Positions 27,301-37,095 of a DNA stretch of 56,048 nt are shown piece after piece. The notes under the pieces were generated by a model. That model ran no database searches and was not told the origin of the DNA. It saw only the letters and a list, made by a program, of their open reading frames with translations. This stretch comes from a virus. Taxonomy: Duplodnaviria > Caudoviricetes. Position 1 is the stretch's first letter; each line of letters starts with the position of its first letter. Where the stretch lies: the IMG/VR virus record IMGVR_UViG_3300031180_000001, positions 1 to 56,048 of that record; one strand, written 5' to 3'. Position numbers and translations under genes: made by a program.

Positions 27301-29104
27301 GGAAAAGCTCAAGGAGCTGAATGAAATCGAGGCGAATTTCCAAGCGGCACTAAAAGCCGCAACCCAACTGCCCGAAGCGCACGAATTCGTGCAGGAGGCG
27401 TTTCGCCTTCGCGACCTTGCAAGGCAGGAGGTTGAGGTCAAGTTTATGGACCTCACGCCTCTCAAAAATTCAATCGACATTAACAGTCAGGAACTCCGCA
27501 ACTTCTATAACGAAATCCGCGGCAGCGCTAACCTCATGTCGCGGAACATGGAGAAGTGGGGTGACCCGAGCAGCAAGGCTTGGCGTGAGGCGAATCTCAC
27601 AACGGTTACGACGCCTGGGGGACTTTCCGCCGTCGTTCACAAGGCTGCGGCACCATATTTCCAGGGCTTCTTGAATGAGCTTGAAGCGGAATTTGGCTAC
27701 GCCATAAAGCAGATCAGCGGCTTCAATTATCGCCTCAAGAGGGACGGGAAGACGCTTTCCGAGCACGCGTTCGGAAACGCAATCGACATCAATTGGGATT
27801 TGAACCCAATGATGCAGGAGTTGCGCACGAATCTCCCCAAGGAGATCGGGCGCATCGCCGCGAAATACGGCCTCTCGTGGGGCGGTGACTGGCGCAACGT
27901 GAAGGACCCGATGCACTTTGAGTGGACGGGTCGCGTTCCTCCGGGCATCCAGCCCATGAGCAAGGCCGAGCTTGAGGTCTACAAGCGGATTACGGCCGAA
28001 CTCCAGAAGCAAAACGAGGAGCGGCGAAAGCAGCAAGAATCCACACAACGCCTCATCGACGATAACAAGTTCGCTATCGAGCAGGAGGAACGGCGCCTCG
28101 CTGGCAAACAGAAAGAGGCGTTTATCGAGGAGCAAATCCGCAGGGCTCGGCAGCAGAACCCAAACATCACACCCGAGGAGCTTCAACTCATCCGCGATCA
28201 AGCGGCTCTGCTTTGGGAGCGTCAGCAGGCGCTCACCCGTGAGGAGCAGATCAAGGAACGAATTCGCCAGATCAACGAGCAAATTCGTTACCTTGAGCAA
28301 GAGCGCAATGCGCTGTTGGAACAGCGTTCGTATTACGAGCAGCGCGGCGACCTGGGCGGGATGCAGCAGGTCGATCAGCAGCTCAAGATCGTCAACGAGG
28401 AACTGCGGAACGCTATTCGCAACGCTATTGCATTTTGGGAGTCGATCGGCGGCCCGCAGGCCAGCGCGGCTATTGCCAAGCTGGAGGCTACTGCGCTCGG
28501 CATCAGGGAGGTCGGTGAGCAGTCGATCATCAACGGGCAACGTATCACGCAGAACTTTGCGAGCGGCCTAGTCGATGCCTTCGACAACTTTGCCCGCTCT
28601 GTCGCCAACGGTGAGAACGCGATCAAGTCTCTCGGGCAAGCCTTCCGTCAGTTCGCGGGCGAGTTCCTGTTACAGATCGCCAAAATGATTATGCAGCAGT
28701 CCATCCTCAATGCGCTTCAACGGATGGGCTTCGCTGGCGCATTTGGTGCTCTTGGAGGCTTGTTCCATAGCGGTGGTGTTGTCGGTTCGGTCGGAACGCC
28801 GAAGCGAGAGATCAGCCCTCTCTGGTTCCGTAACGCGCTCCGTTATCACAACGGCGGTATTGCGGGGCTCCGCCCAGGTGAGGTCCCCGCAATTCTCAAG
28901 GTCGGTGAGGAAGTTCTGACCGAGGATGATCCGCGCCACATCCGCAACGGCGGTGGACAGGTTCAGCTCAACGCGCGCGTCGTGAACATGTTCGATGCGG
29001 CGAGCTTCCTTAGTGAAGCCTTGAGCACCAAGGTCGGCGAGAAGGTCATCCTGAACTTTGTCCGCGCCAACGCTGGCGCTTTCAGGTCCGCTTTGAATGG
29101 ATAA
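24356..29104 (+). CDS. Tape measure protein with embedded M15-family peptidase domain
   Basis: 1582 aa, Ala-rich; QMISKGKVSSEELRRQLGD tape-measure motif; SEHAFGNAIDIN / WGGDW / DPMHFE; C-terminal FHSGG..YHNGG. Confidence 0.92.
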   Translation: MAADKDVRLVIKARNEATKAIDSVADALKQLSESQKKTGQSAKQMESLLSALGAEFQRLTKEAAALSALGRISSELDRATAAVKRLEEAARSSSADFERLKADTDQAASATARLKAQAEALTNAYNQQKAAVREARKEQSAANDELRKAEALQRRVEAAARRHTSQSPWSNAAESAKVFAAAEVTRARQNAERASAAFARLRDEQDALARSRADLNQQIKAAVAAEMQLAAEAEKAAQANRKNQEALAAARAELAQIQSVARSAADAIGRVGISQAEIAKRSEQVTAQLQRSHAVFAAMQRFSTGVPGEFADPETAAKLRKQREEVEKARQAYQLLNAEAQRLAQNMRAVVSPSSEQARAAREMAAAARVAAQEYQRQLAILNEMPGSFNRLNGFRGFFGEIYGESRKAMSMFQRIRGEVLSLATAYLGLYNVIRQTGNVINSYQKLEAVQNRLGVVFQQNMTAANREMEWLNRQAARLGIEFGVLADEYSKFAVAAKAANFESENIRRIFLAVAEAARVNKLSMDQMSGVFLALQQMISKGKVSSEELRRQLGDRLTGAFNIFADALGISTAQLDEMMRKGEVLADETNLLRFADELNKRFGPQLAESLRSTTTLLGQFTNELFQAQLRVAEGGFIDGLNRALERMIAFFRSREGRDFFLAIGAALGRFMDLVALVVENIDYLSFAFKALIAVKVSQWIIGIVTDAYKFATALKAAGASAAVVTAEVTTLRGAVAALQGAFLALDAVAKRFLIGIIIAGVSYGLMELLGSWLSKVDDATQAVDEHRRVVNEAVRAYEEAQRKGGDWTRAVDEGLRQAAESNFIKQLELYDDALNKLQAKIGGFRLRIFETAELTRVRDAVREFGEVNAQNIDKFIRKLNELDREISDIEAKKFLNEIRDLAKEFQTASQRASEAAVVAKELGSKLKELEEHAQRSAEGMKTLSGSMGDVNNNASSGTDALTQYANALDKIKEKIPELSREMEKLKELNEIEANFQAALKAATQLPEAHEFVQEAFRLRDLARQEVEVKFMDLTPLKNSIDINSQELRNFYNEIRGSANLMSRNMEKWGDPSSKAWREANLTTVTTPGGLSAVVHKAAAPYFQGFLNELEAEFGYAIKQISGFNYRLKRDGKTLSEHAFGNAIDINWDLNPMMQELRTNLPKEIGRIAAKYGLSWGGDWRNVKDPMHFEWTGRVPPGIQPMSKAELEVYKRITAELQKQNEERRKQQESTQRLIDDNKFAIEQEERRLAGKQKEAFIEEQIRRARQQNPNITPEELQLIRDQAALLWERQQALTREEQIKERIRQINEQIRYLEQERNALLEQRSYYEQRGDLGGMQQVDQQLKIVNEELRNAIRNAIAFWESIGGPQASAAIAKLEATALGIREVGEQSIINGQRITQNFASGLVDAFDNFARSVANGENAIKSLGQAFRQFAGEFLLQIAKMIMQQSILNALQRMGFAGAFGALGGLFHSGGVVGSVGTPKREISPLWFRNALRYHNGGIAGLRPGEVPAILKVGEEVLTEDDPRHIRNGGGQVQLNARVVNMFDAASFLSEALSTKVGEKVILNFVRANAGAFRSALNG

Positions 29105-29109
29105 CTGAA

Positions 29110-30312
29110 ATGGCGTTCGATACAGATTCGCGACTTTGGGAATACCCGCCTGATTGGCGGCATGGCTTCACTGTCGAATACGAGTATCGAACCGAGATTA
29201 TTACGTCTCGGGCCGGGAGAGAGCAGCGCCGAGCGATCCGTCAATCGCCGCGCAAAACGCTCTCTTTCACGGCGATGGTCAGCTCGGCATCGTTTCGATC
29301 CCTGGTTCGCGACATGGCGTCGGCACAGGACAAGAGCTTCATTGTGCCCGACTATGTGCGTTCTGTGCTGACGGTGGAGCCTCTTGCGAACAATGGCTCC
29401 TCGGTTGCCGTCGATACCGTTCCCGCATGGGCTACCACCGGAGCCACGGTCGTCATTGGCTTCGCCGGGGCTTTCGATACCTTTGTCATCGACGCCATTT
29501 CTGATAACAGGCTGACCTTTTCGACGACCGCCAAACGCAACTGGCCTTCCGGGTCTAAGCTCTATCCCGGCCTTTATGCACGTCTCGATACGACGTTGCG
29601 CCATCGTCAGCGCACGAGCCGAGCTGGTGAGCTTAATGTCACCTTCTCTGTCGAACCGGGTTCGGAGCCACTACCTATTCCTCCCGAGCCCAGCCAGCTT
29701 CTTAATGGGCGCGAGCTGTTTCTCAAGCGCCCCAATTGGGCTCAGACCGTCGAGGTCACCTTCGGAACGTCTCGGGAAACGCTCGATTACGGGTATGGCA
29801 CGGTCATTCATACCAATCCAGTGCCGTTCAACACGCGTGATGAGCAGTTCGTGTTCGTCGGCCGCTCGCCCTCAGAGGCCGTCCAAATGCTGGATTTCTT
29901 CGACCGCATGAGAGGTCAACAGGGCGAGTTCTACATGCCAACATGGACCGAGGACCTGTCGGCAACGGCCGGTATTTCGCCCGCCGATCCGGTACTCAGG
30001 GTCGCCGATGCACGCCTAGCTGACGATTACTCCGGTGATACCGTTCACAAGGCGATTGCGGTTGTCCTCAGCGATGGTTCAATCCTCGCTCGCAAGGTGA
30101 CTGACATTTATCCCGATCCGTTTGGGATGGGCAGCATCCTTGAAATTGCTGGTGGATGGGATCGCACCGTTCCCCTGTCGAACATTTCAATGGTCTGTTG
30201 GCTGCCAGTCTGGCGCTTCGCTTCGGACAAGCTCACGGTCGAATGGCTGACGGATGCAGTGACGCAATTCGCAGTCACGATCCGTACTCTTGAGGACCTT
30301 TCGGGAGAATGA
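29110..30312 (+). CDS. Distal tail protein-like
   Basis: Follows the tape measure gene; PPDW..G..EY.T.I...G.EQRR motif; two-domain repeat architecture. Confidence 0.7.
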   Translation: MAFDTDSRLWEYPPDWRHGFTVEYEYRTEIITSRAGREQRRAIRQSPRKTLSFTAMVSSASFRSLVRDMASAQDKSFIVPDYVRSVLTVEPLANNGSSVAVDTVPAWATTGATVVIGFAGAFDTFVIDAISDNRLTFSTTAKRNWPSGSKLYPGLYARLDTTLRHRQRTSRAGELNVTFSVEPGSEPLPIPPEPSQLLNGRELFLKRPNWAQTVEVTFGTSRETLDYGYGTVIHTNPVPFNTRDEQFVFVGRSPSEAVQMLDFFDRMRGQQGEFYMPTWTEDLSATAGISPADPVLRVADARLADDYSGDTVHKAIAVVLSDGSILARKVTDIYPDPFGMGSILEIAGGWDRTVPLSNISMVCWLPVWRFASDKLTVEWLTDAVTQFAVTIRTLEDLSGE

Positions 30313-30313
30313 A

Positions 30314-32839
30314 ATGACGTTCGATAGTCGTGAAAGAAGTCGATACAAAGCGCAGCCGATCACCCTCTACTCTTTCGGAGGCGGATCGGACAACGTGACA
30401 GAAGCCGGGCGTTCGCTTGAGCATTTGATCCGCAGCGTCACCATCATCCCAGGGGCAACCGAGTTCGGCTACGCGCAAACGCGCGTCTACAAGTATTTCA
30501 ACTTTCAGGTTGTGCCTGAGAATTTTCTCACGATGAGTTATTACTCGGATTTCGAGGCGTCGATTCAAGATTTGATGCGGCGCGCTCCATACATTGAGCA
30601 TGTTTCTTTGGTCGTGAGCTGGCATGGGACCGATCTTCGTCTCGCGCATTGTCAGATTATTCCCAAGGTCGATTTGAAAAGTAAGCAAACGCATCCCTGG
30701 TCATGGCGCGTTGGTAATCTCACGCGATCCTCTGCCCCGGAGGTTTCCTATTACAACGGAAAACCTGCCATTGGCGGGGCTCCAGATGATCGGTCGGTTT
30801 ACGAGGCGATCAAGCTCCTAAAATACAAGGGTCTTCGGGTCACCCTTTATCCGTTCATCACGATGGACATTCCGCACGGGAACTCGCTTCCCAATCCATA
30901 CGGCGGAACGGGTCAACCAGCCTATCCTTGGCGCGGCCGCATCACATGTGATCCCGCCCCCGGCGTCGCAGGAACGGTCGATAAGACACCGGCAGCGGCA
31001 GAACAAGTTGCGGCATTTTTCGGCTCGGTGCAGCCGTCCCATTTCTCATGGAACACGAGCAGCCTTCACGTGAATTATTCCGGGCCAGCTAACGAATGGT
31101 CCTTCCGTCGTTTGATCTTGCATCTCGCGACGATCGCGGTTGCCGCTGGCGGCGTCGATGATTTTCTCATCGGATCGGAAATGCTCGGGCTAACGACAAT
31201 CCGATCCTCAGAATCCGAGTACCCCGCCGTCGCTCAGTTTAAGCAACTGGCCGCCGATGTGCGCTCGATTGTTGGACCGAGCACGCGCATCTCATATGCC
31301 GCTGACTGGTCGGAATATCATTCTCATCGACCTGCGGATGGCAGCGGTGACGTTTATTTCCATCTCGATCCTCTTTGGGCCGATCCCAACATCGACTTCG
31401 TTGGGATCGACAATTATCTGCCGACCGCAGACTGGCGGGATGGCACAAACCATCTCGATTACCTGAATGGATGGAAGTCGATTTACGACCACGAGTACCT
31501 GAAATCGAACATCGAAGGTGGTGAGTATTACGACTGGTACTACGTCAACAAGAGTGCACGCGACAATCAGGTGCGAACGCCGATTACGGATGGCTTGGGG
31601 AAGCCCTGGGTTTTCCGTAATAAGGACATCCGCAACTGGTGGCTCAATCAGCACTTCAATCGACCAAGCGGCGTCGAGGCGGCGACACCAACTGAATGGG
31701 TTCCGCAGTCGAAGCCCATCGTATTTACCGAGATTGGATGCGGTGCCATTGACAAGGGGGCGAACGAGCCCAACAAGTTCCTTGATCCCAAGAGCGCTGA
31801 AAGCGTCGTCCCGCACTATTCATCGGGAGCACGTGATGACTTGATGCAGCGCGTCTTTCTTGAGGCGTGGCTATCCTACTGGAGACCCGAGGATGGGCGC
31901 AATCCCATTTCGTCGGTCTACGGAGGGCCAATGATCGACTGGCGAACCATTTCGATCTGGACATGGGATGCTCGCCCCTACCCAGCATTCCCCAATCGAA
32001 TCGACTTTTGGGGTGACGGTTCAAACTGGTACACGGGGCACTGGCTCACCGGGCGTCTTCTCATGACGTCTCCTACGATAACCAGTGAACAGACCTACCA
32101 CTACACGAACGCCGAGAGGCCGGTGACTGTGAACGGCGTGACCTATAAGCCAATCCCCGTAAACCAGGGTCGTATCGTCGCCTCGGGAACGCTCGATAAC
32201 GCGACCCTTGAGATTCAGCTTCCTTCGTCTACCGAGGTCGCCGAGCTGTTCCGGGTTTATCCGCCCTCGCACGTTGTCACGCTCGTCATTCGTCAGGGCC
32301 ACTTGGGTGAGACCGAGTTCCCTGTCGTGTGGACAGGTCGCGTTGTCGGGGCATCCCGCACAGAGCAAGAAGTGACTTTGCAGTGTGAGCCGGTTTCGAC
32401 CTCCCTCGCCCGCCCAGGCTTGCGGCGTAATTATCAGCACGGTTGCCCGCACGCGCTCTACGGCCCGCAATGCAATGCGAACATGATACTCGCGACAACT
32501 CCGGTGACCGTCGAATCTGTGTCGGGGAGCATCGTCAAGCTACCTAATGGATGGACGACGCCAGAGCGGGCACCAAAGTACATTTCAGGTATGGTGAGAA
32601 GGACGACGCCGAGTGGCATCGTGACCATGCGGACAATCCTGAATGTCACTAACGGCCGCGAGCTTCATTTGACCTCGGCCATTCCAGACCTGGCTCCAGG
32701 TGACACGATCGAGGTCATTCTCGGCTGCAATCACCAAATGGATGATTGCATGAACCTTCATTACAACATTCACAACTTCGGCGGCTGCCCGTGGATTCCG
32801 AAAAAGAACCCGATGGGCTTCGTAAACAATTTTTATTAA
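30314..32839 (+). CDS. Baseplate hub (DUF2163/BR0599-like) carrying an inserted GTA TIM-barrel domain
   Basis: C-terminal CPHALYGPQC and GCNH...C...NFGGCPWIP; internal IPGATEFGY, YAADWSEY, GIDNYLP, FTEIGCGAIDKGAN and WTWDARPYPAFP. Confidence 0.85.
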   Translation: MTFDSRERSRYKAQPITLYSFGGGSDNVTEAGRSLEHLIRSVTIIPGATEFGYAQTRVYKYFNFQVVPENFLTMSYYSDFEASIQDLMRRAPYIEHVSLVVSWHGTDLRLAHCQIIPKVDLKSKQTHPWSWRVGNLTRSSAPEVSYYNGKPAIGGAPDDRSVYEAIKLLKYKGLRVTLYPFITMDIPHGNSLPNPYGGTGQPAYPWRGRITCDPAPGVAGTVDKTPAAAEQVAAFFGSVQPSHFSWNTSSLHVNYSGPANEWSFRRLILHLATIAVAAGGVDDFLIGSEMLGLTTIRSSESEYPAVAQFKQLAADVRSIVGPSTRISYAADWSEYHSHRPADGSGDVYFHLDPLWADPNIDFVGIDNYLPTADWRDGTNHLDYLNGWKSIYDHEYLKSNIEGGEYYDWYYVNKSARDNQVRTPITDGLGKPWVFRNKDIRNWWLNQHFNRPSGVEAATPTEWVPQSKPIVFTEIGCGAIDKGANEPNKFLDPKSAESVVPHYSSGARDDLMQRVFLEAWLSYWRPEDGRNPISSVYGGPMIDWRTISIWTWDARPYPAFPNRIDFWGDGSNWYTGHWLTGRLLMTSPTITSEQTYHYTNAERPVTVNGVTYKPIPVNQGRIVASGTLDNATLEIQLPSSTEVAELFRVYPPSHVVTLVIRQGHLGETEFPVVWTGRVVGASRTEQEVTLQCEPVSTSLARPGLRRNYQHGCPHALYGPQCNANMILATTPVTVESVSGSIVKLPNGWTTPERAPKYISGMVRRTTPSGIVTMRTILNVTNGRELHLTSAIPDLAPGDTIEVILGCNHQMDDCMNLHYNIHNFGGCPWIPKKNPMGFVNNFY

Positions 32840-32886
32840 CAATGTCACGTTTATCGTGTATTTCCAACTGAAAAGGGAGAACGACC

Positions 32887-33114
32887 GTGGGTTTCTGGCT
32901 AGGTTTGATCTTCGCGCTCGCGCTCAACGTCGTTGCGTATCTCATCATGCCGAAACCGAAGGTGGGTCGGCATGAAGCGGCTCGCGACTTTCAGGACCCG
33001 ACTGCGGATGCGGGGCGACCAATTCCCGTCGTTTTCGGCACAATCAACGTCTCGGGATTGAACGTCCTATGGTACGGCAACAAGTCGATCTCAAAGCGCA
33101 AAGTCAAGGTTTGA
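32887..33114 (+). CDS. Small tail tip assembly protein
   Basis: N-terminal hydrophobic segment; PTADAGRPIPVVFGT...NVLWYG. Confidence 0.8.
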   Translation: MGFWLGLIFALALNVVAYLIMPKPKVGRHEAARDFQDPTADAGRPIPVVFGTINVSGLNVLWYGNKSISKRKVKV

Positions 33115-33302
33115 TTATCACGATTGAGGACATCCGTCGTGCCGGTCATTGCGTTAGCGGCACGCGGGCTTGGTTCTCAAGGCAAAACCTTGATTTTCGC
33201 GACTTTCTGAAAAACGGCATCTCGGCTGAGAAATTTCTCGCGACCGGGTGTGCCTATGCTGAGCGCATTGTTCGGATGAAGGTGGATCAAGGTGGGCAGT
33301 AA
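33111..33302 (+). CDS. Small conserved tail assembly protein (TTG start)
   Basis: ITIEDIR..GHCVSGTRAWF....DFRDFLKNGI; overlaps both neighbours. Confidence 0.7.
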   Translation: MIITIEDIRRAGHCVSGTRAWFSRQNLDFRDFLKNGISAEKFLATGCAYAERIVRMKVDQGGQ

Positions 33303-35538
33303 ATCCAAGTCGGCAAAAATCGAGGTCGCCGAGTATCGGATGTCGATTCAATTCGGCATCTGTCTCGGGCGCGTAGATGAACTGCTCTCGATAACGGTCG
33401 GTGACAAGGTGGCTTGGTCGGGGTCTCTGACCGACTATGCCGAGGTCTATATCAACAAGCCTGATCTGTTCGGCGGCATCAAGAAAGAAGGTGGCGTTCA
33501 AGGCTACATGCACTTCTTTCCGGGCTCCTACACGCAAACGTTGCCGCTAAAGCTCGCGCAGAGGCTTGGACGCGAAGAGCACAACTGCCCTGGCTTTCGT
33601 GGCATCGCGCATGTGTGGTTCACTGGTGGCGGATCAAACGACGGCTTTTACTGGTCGGCGAACACCCCGTACATTCAGACTGTGCGCGCGAAGGTGCGCC
33701 GTGTTCCGGTCGGCCTGCCAAGCGATCTCGCGACAATTACCTACTATCCGCCGAATGGCGGGGCACCCATTCATGACGCCAATCCCGCAGCCATCATCTA
33801 CGAGTGCTTGACCAATACCGAATGGGGAATGGGCGCAAGCACGACGATGATCGACAACGAATCCTTCGTGAAGGCGGCCAAGACGCTCAAGGAGGAAGGG
33901 TTCGGCCTGTCGATGATCTGGACGCAGCAGGCCAAGATTCAGGACTTCATTAGCGAGGTCATCGACCATATCGAGGGCACGCTATTCATCAACCCTCGCA
34001 CCGGGCTCATCACCCTACGCCTCATTCGTGGCGATTACGATGTCAATTCGCTGAGGATCATCGATCCGACGAACGCGACGCTCGGGAGCTTCCAACGCAA
34101 GCTGTTGGGCGAGACGGTCAACGAAATTCAGGTCACATGGACCAATCCTGAAAATGAGGAGGAGGAAACTGTTATCCTACAGGATAACGCCAATATCGCG
34201 ATGCAGGGCGGCATCGTCAGCGACTCGCGCAACTACTACGGCGTTCGCAATGCCGAGCTGGCGATGAGGCTTGCTGCGCGTGATCTTCGGGTCGCATCCG
34301 CTCCCCTTGCCACGTGCGAAGCAACACTAGATCGGAGTTTTTGGGACATCCTTCCGGGGGATGTCGTAAAGGTCACGTGGCCTGAGCATCAGATGTACGA
34401 GGTCATCATGCGCGTGGCCTCGGTCGATTACGGTAAGTCAACGGACTCCGCGATCAAGGTGAGCTTGGTCGAAGATGTCTTTGGCTACTCGACGATGGCC
34501 TATTCGATGCCTCCAGGCTCACAATGGGAGGAGGATGGAGAGGACCCGAGGCCCATCGACTTCTGGAAAATTTTCACCCTCCCTTACGCAATTCAGAAGC
34601 GATTGACCGAGCCTCAATACTTCAACGAGGCGGAATATCCGCAGGTCTCAGCGGCCATACTTGCTGCCCAGCAAGGGCGGGATACGATCGAAATTGACTT
34701 GCTTGACGCCGAGTCTGAGCAGTTGCTCAAGACGTTGAGTCCAGTTTCTCGCGGCGTTTTGACGAACGACCTTCCCGCAGAGGTCACGTCAGTTGACGTT
34801 GAGATCGCTTCGATCACGCTCGGAACGGAGATCGGGGTCGGCACCTTCGTTGTTATCGGTTCGGGCGGTGACTATGGGATGGAGATGGCCCTTGTCACCG
34901 GGGTCGGCTCCGGCACGGTTACGCTGCAACGCGGCCTCCTTGATACCGTTCCGCGCTCTTGGCCTGTCGGGACAGAAATCTGGTTTGTCGGTGAGGATCA
35001 GGTAATCGACGACGACTCCGACTTGGCTGCGGGGATCACGGTCAAATATCTTCTCCTACCTCGCACGTCACGTGACACGCTTGATCCTTCGGAAGCCTCA
35101 CCTATCGAGGAAACGCTTTCTGATCGGCCATGGCTGCCGTTGCGACCGGCGAATGTGAAATTCGAGGGTATGTCTTTCGGGACGTTCGACAACCGGCAGC
35201 TCAACCTCACGTCATTCGAGATCACGTGGGCGACGCGCAATCGTCTCACAGAAGACAGCGTTTTTCTGCCTTGGGATGCCCCTTCGGTTCAGCCAGAGGA
35301 CGGACAAACAACGACGGTGGCCGTCTACGACCTCTCTGGAAAGTTACTTACGTCCCATGACGGGCTTACCGGGGAGTCATTCACGCTGCCGATCTCATCG
35401 TTCGCGGGCCGCTCCCGAGGCATCGTCAAAGTCACCAGCAAACGCGACGGTCTGGAATCGCTTCAAGGTCACGAGATCGAAGTGATTGTCGATTCTGGAT
35501 ACGGCTATTCTTACGGGATGAATTACGGGGGTCTGTAA
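33292..35538 (+). CDS. Central tail tip / host-specificity J-like protein
   Basis: KKEGGVQG, PGFRG, DANPAAIIYECLTN..WGMG and RGLLDTVP motifs. Confidence 0.8.
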   Translation: MGSKSKSAKIEVAEYRMSIQFGICLGRVDELLSITVGDKVAWSGSLTDYAEVYINKPDLFGGIKKEGGVQGYMHFFPGSYTQTLPLKLAQRLGREEHNCPGFRGIAHVWFTGGGSNDGFYWSANTPYIQTVRAKVRRVPVGLPSDLATITYYPPNGGAPIHDANPAAIIYECLTNTEWGMGASTTMIDNESFVKAAKTLKEEGFGLSMIWTQQAKIQDFISEVIDHIEGTLFINPRTGLITLRLIRGDYDVNSLRIIDPTNATLGSFQRKLLGETVNEIQVTWTNPENEEEETVILQDNANIAMQGGIVSDSRNYYGVRNAELAMRLAARDLRVASAPLATCEATLDRSFWDILPGDVVKVTWPEHQMYEVIMRVASVDYGKSTDSAIKVSLVEDVFGYSTMAYSMPPGSQWEEDGEDPRPIDFWKIFTLPYAIQKRLTEPQYFNEAEYPQVSAAILAAQQGRDTIEIDLLDAESEQLLKTLSPVSRGVLTNDLPAEVTSVDVEIASITLGTEIGVGTFVVIGSGGDYGMEMALVTGVGSGTVTLQRGLLDTVPRSWPVGTEIWFVGEDQVIDDDSDLAAGITVKYLLLPRTSRDTLDPSEASPIEETLSDRPWLPLRPANVKFEGMSFGTFDNRQLNLTSFEITWATRNRLTEDSVFLPWDAPSVQPEDGQTTTVAVYDLSGKLLTSHDGLTGESFTLPISSFAGRSRGIVKVTSKRDGLESLQGHEIEVIVDSGYGYSYGMNYGGL

Positions 35539-36962
35539 TGGTCGCAAAACAACTTCCTGGCCTTGGACTTTACGGGGAATGGGACCTCGGCGAAGACGGT
35601 TGGAAGGATGGAATGGACTCCAACCTTCTCAAGCTCTCTTGCTTCGTGCAATGCGCTGTTGCCAGCCGCACGACCGAGCTACCAGCTTCGCCCGAGGACG
35701 GGATCACGCTCTACATTGTTCCCGCCGACGATGTGACAAACGGCAACAAGCTCGCCCTACCTCGGGGCGAGGATTGGGAATATATCGCACCGCTACCGGG
35801 CTTCATTGCCTTCGTGGTGGACGAAGGGCGGCACGTCGTATTCGACGGTTCGGCCTGGATTCCCTTCATTCCCACCGAGTTCCACAACCTTGCAAAACTT
35901 GGCGTCGGCACTTCCGCAGACAATACCAACGTGTTCGCGGCAAAGCTCAATGATGCGCTGTGGGCCGCGAAAGGCACGGGCGAAGGTGGTACGGGCGATC
36001 TTCGCTACAAGCTCAACAAAGAGTCCTCGTGGAACACCGTTTCATTGCTCTTTCAGAGCAACTGGTCGGGTCGTGCCGAAATTGGCCTCACCGGAGACGA
36101 TGATTTTCGTTTCAAGGTTAGCCCTGACGGCTCATCATGGTACGAAGCCATTACCATTGACCACAACAGCGGGCGAGTTCGGTTGCCATCGACGCCCATG
36201 CGCGAGGTTCTGAGCGGCGATAGGTGGTACAACGTCGATCCCGTCAACGGGGACGATAACAACGATGGCTTCACGCCAGCGACAGCTTTCAAAACCATCC
36301 AGAAGGCAGTCGATACAGCCCTCAACCTCGATCCCAACGGCTATACGGTGACTATCCAGTTGGCCGATGGCGTTTACAACGAGGCCGTTAGGGTCAACCG
36401 CCCAATGTTCGATGGCGGAATGCTCGTTCTCATGGGTAATTGGGCGACACCGCAGAACGTTGTCATCAATGCTGTCGGAGGCAACGCCCTTCTCGTTGAC
36501 GGCACAGGTGCAAGGGTCCGCGTCGAAGGGATCAAGTTTAGCGGAGACATCGGTATTTGGGCGCGTTTTGGTGGTATGGTGTTCCTTACCAATAAGAACG
36601 CATTCGGTGCGTGCGCTTTCCGTCAGATCGCTGCGGACAACAACGGCTTTATCGAGATGTTGGGCGGAGAAATTTGGATTGAGGGTGACTCCCCCCACCA
36701 TCTCTACGCCGACGCTAACGGCCACATCTATTACTCGCATGGCACGACGCACATTGTTGGGAATCCCAATTTCATCTACGGCTTCGCCTATGCACAAGCG
36801 ACCGGCTTGATTACGTCGATCAATATGTACTTCGACGGAAGCGCAACCGGACCGCGTTATCAGGGCACCATGAATGGCGTCATCAACGTCAACTTGGCAG
36901 GGCCGGATTACTTCCCTGGCGATCAGCCTGGAGCCCTTTCGAGCGGCGCGCAATACGTTTGA
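35538..36962 (+). CDS. Tail fibre / receptor-binding protein (DUF2793-type N-terminus, beta-helix-like C-terminus)
   Basis: LLFQSNWSGRAEIGLTGDDDFRFKVSPDG and VDPVNGDDNNDG...AFKTIQKA motifs. Confidence 0.8.
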   Translation: MVAKQLPGLGLYGEWDLGEDGWKDGMDSNLLKLSCFVQCAVASRTTELPASPEDGITLYIVPADDVTNGNKLALPRGEDWEYIAPLPGFIAFVVDEGRHVVFDGSAWIPFIPTEFHNLAKLGVGTSADNTNVFAAKLNDALWAAKGTGEGGTGDLRYKLNKESSWNTVSLLFQSNWSGRAEIGLTGDDDFRFKVSPDGSSWYEAITIDHNSGRVRLPSTPMREVLSGDRWYNVDPVNGDDNNDGFTPATAFKTIQKAVDTALNLDPNGYTVTIQLADGVYNEAVRVNRPMFDGGMLVLMGNWATPQNVVINAVGGNALLVDGTGARVRVEGIKFSGDIGIWARFGGMVFLTNKNAFGACAFRQIAADNNGFIEMLGGEIWIEGDSPHHLYADANGHIYYSHGTTHIVGNPNFIYGFAYAQATGLITSINMYFDGSATGPRYQGTMNGVINVNLAGPDYFPGDQPGALSSGAQYV

Positions 36963-37095
36963 AAAGTGTCAAATTTAACTTGACACTCTTTAACGTTTGT
37001 AGTGAGATGAAACGGCGAAGGCCCGACGTGGTAGGGACACGCGGGCCTTCCTTGGTGTGAATCCCCCCTTTTGTGGCAGAGAGTGGAGACTCACA

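Noticed and set aside
26225-28540. Long antisense ORFs (372 and 356 aa) in the tape measure gene, and similar shadows such as 19717-20796
   Set aside because: Typical antisense shadows of high-GC codon usage with no protein-like motifs.
35538-36962. Diversity-generating retroelement acting on the tail fibre
   Set aside because: No reverse transcriptase and no TR/VR repeat pair seen.
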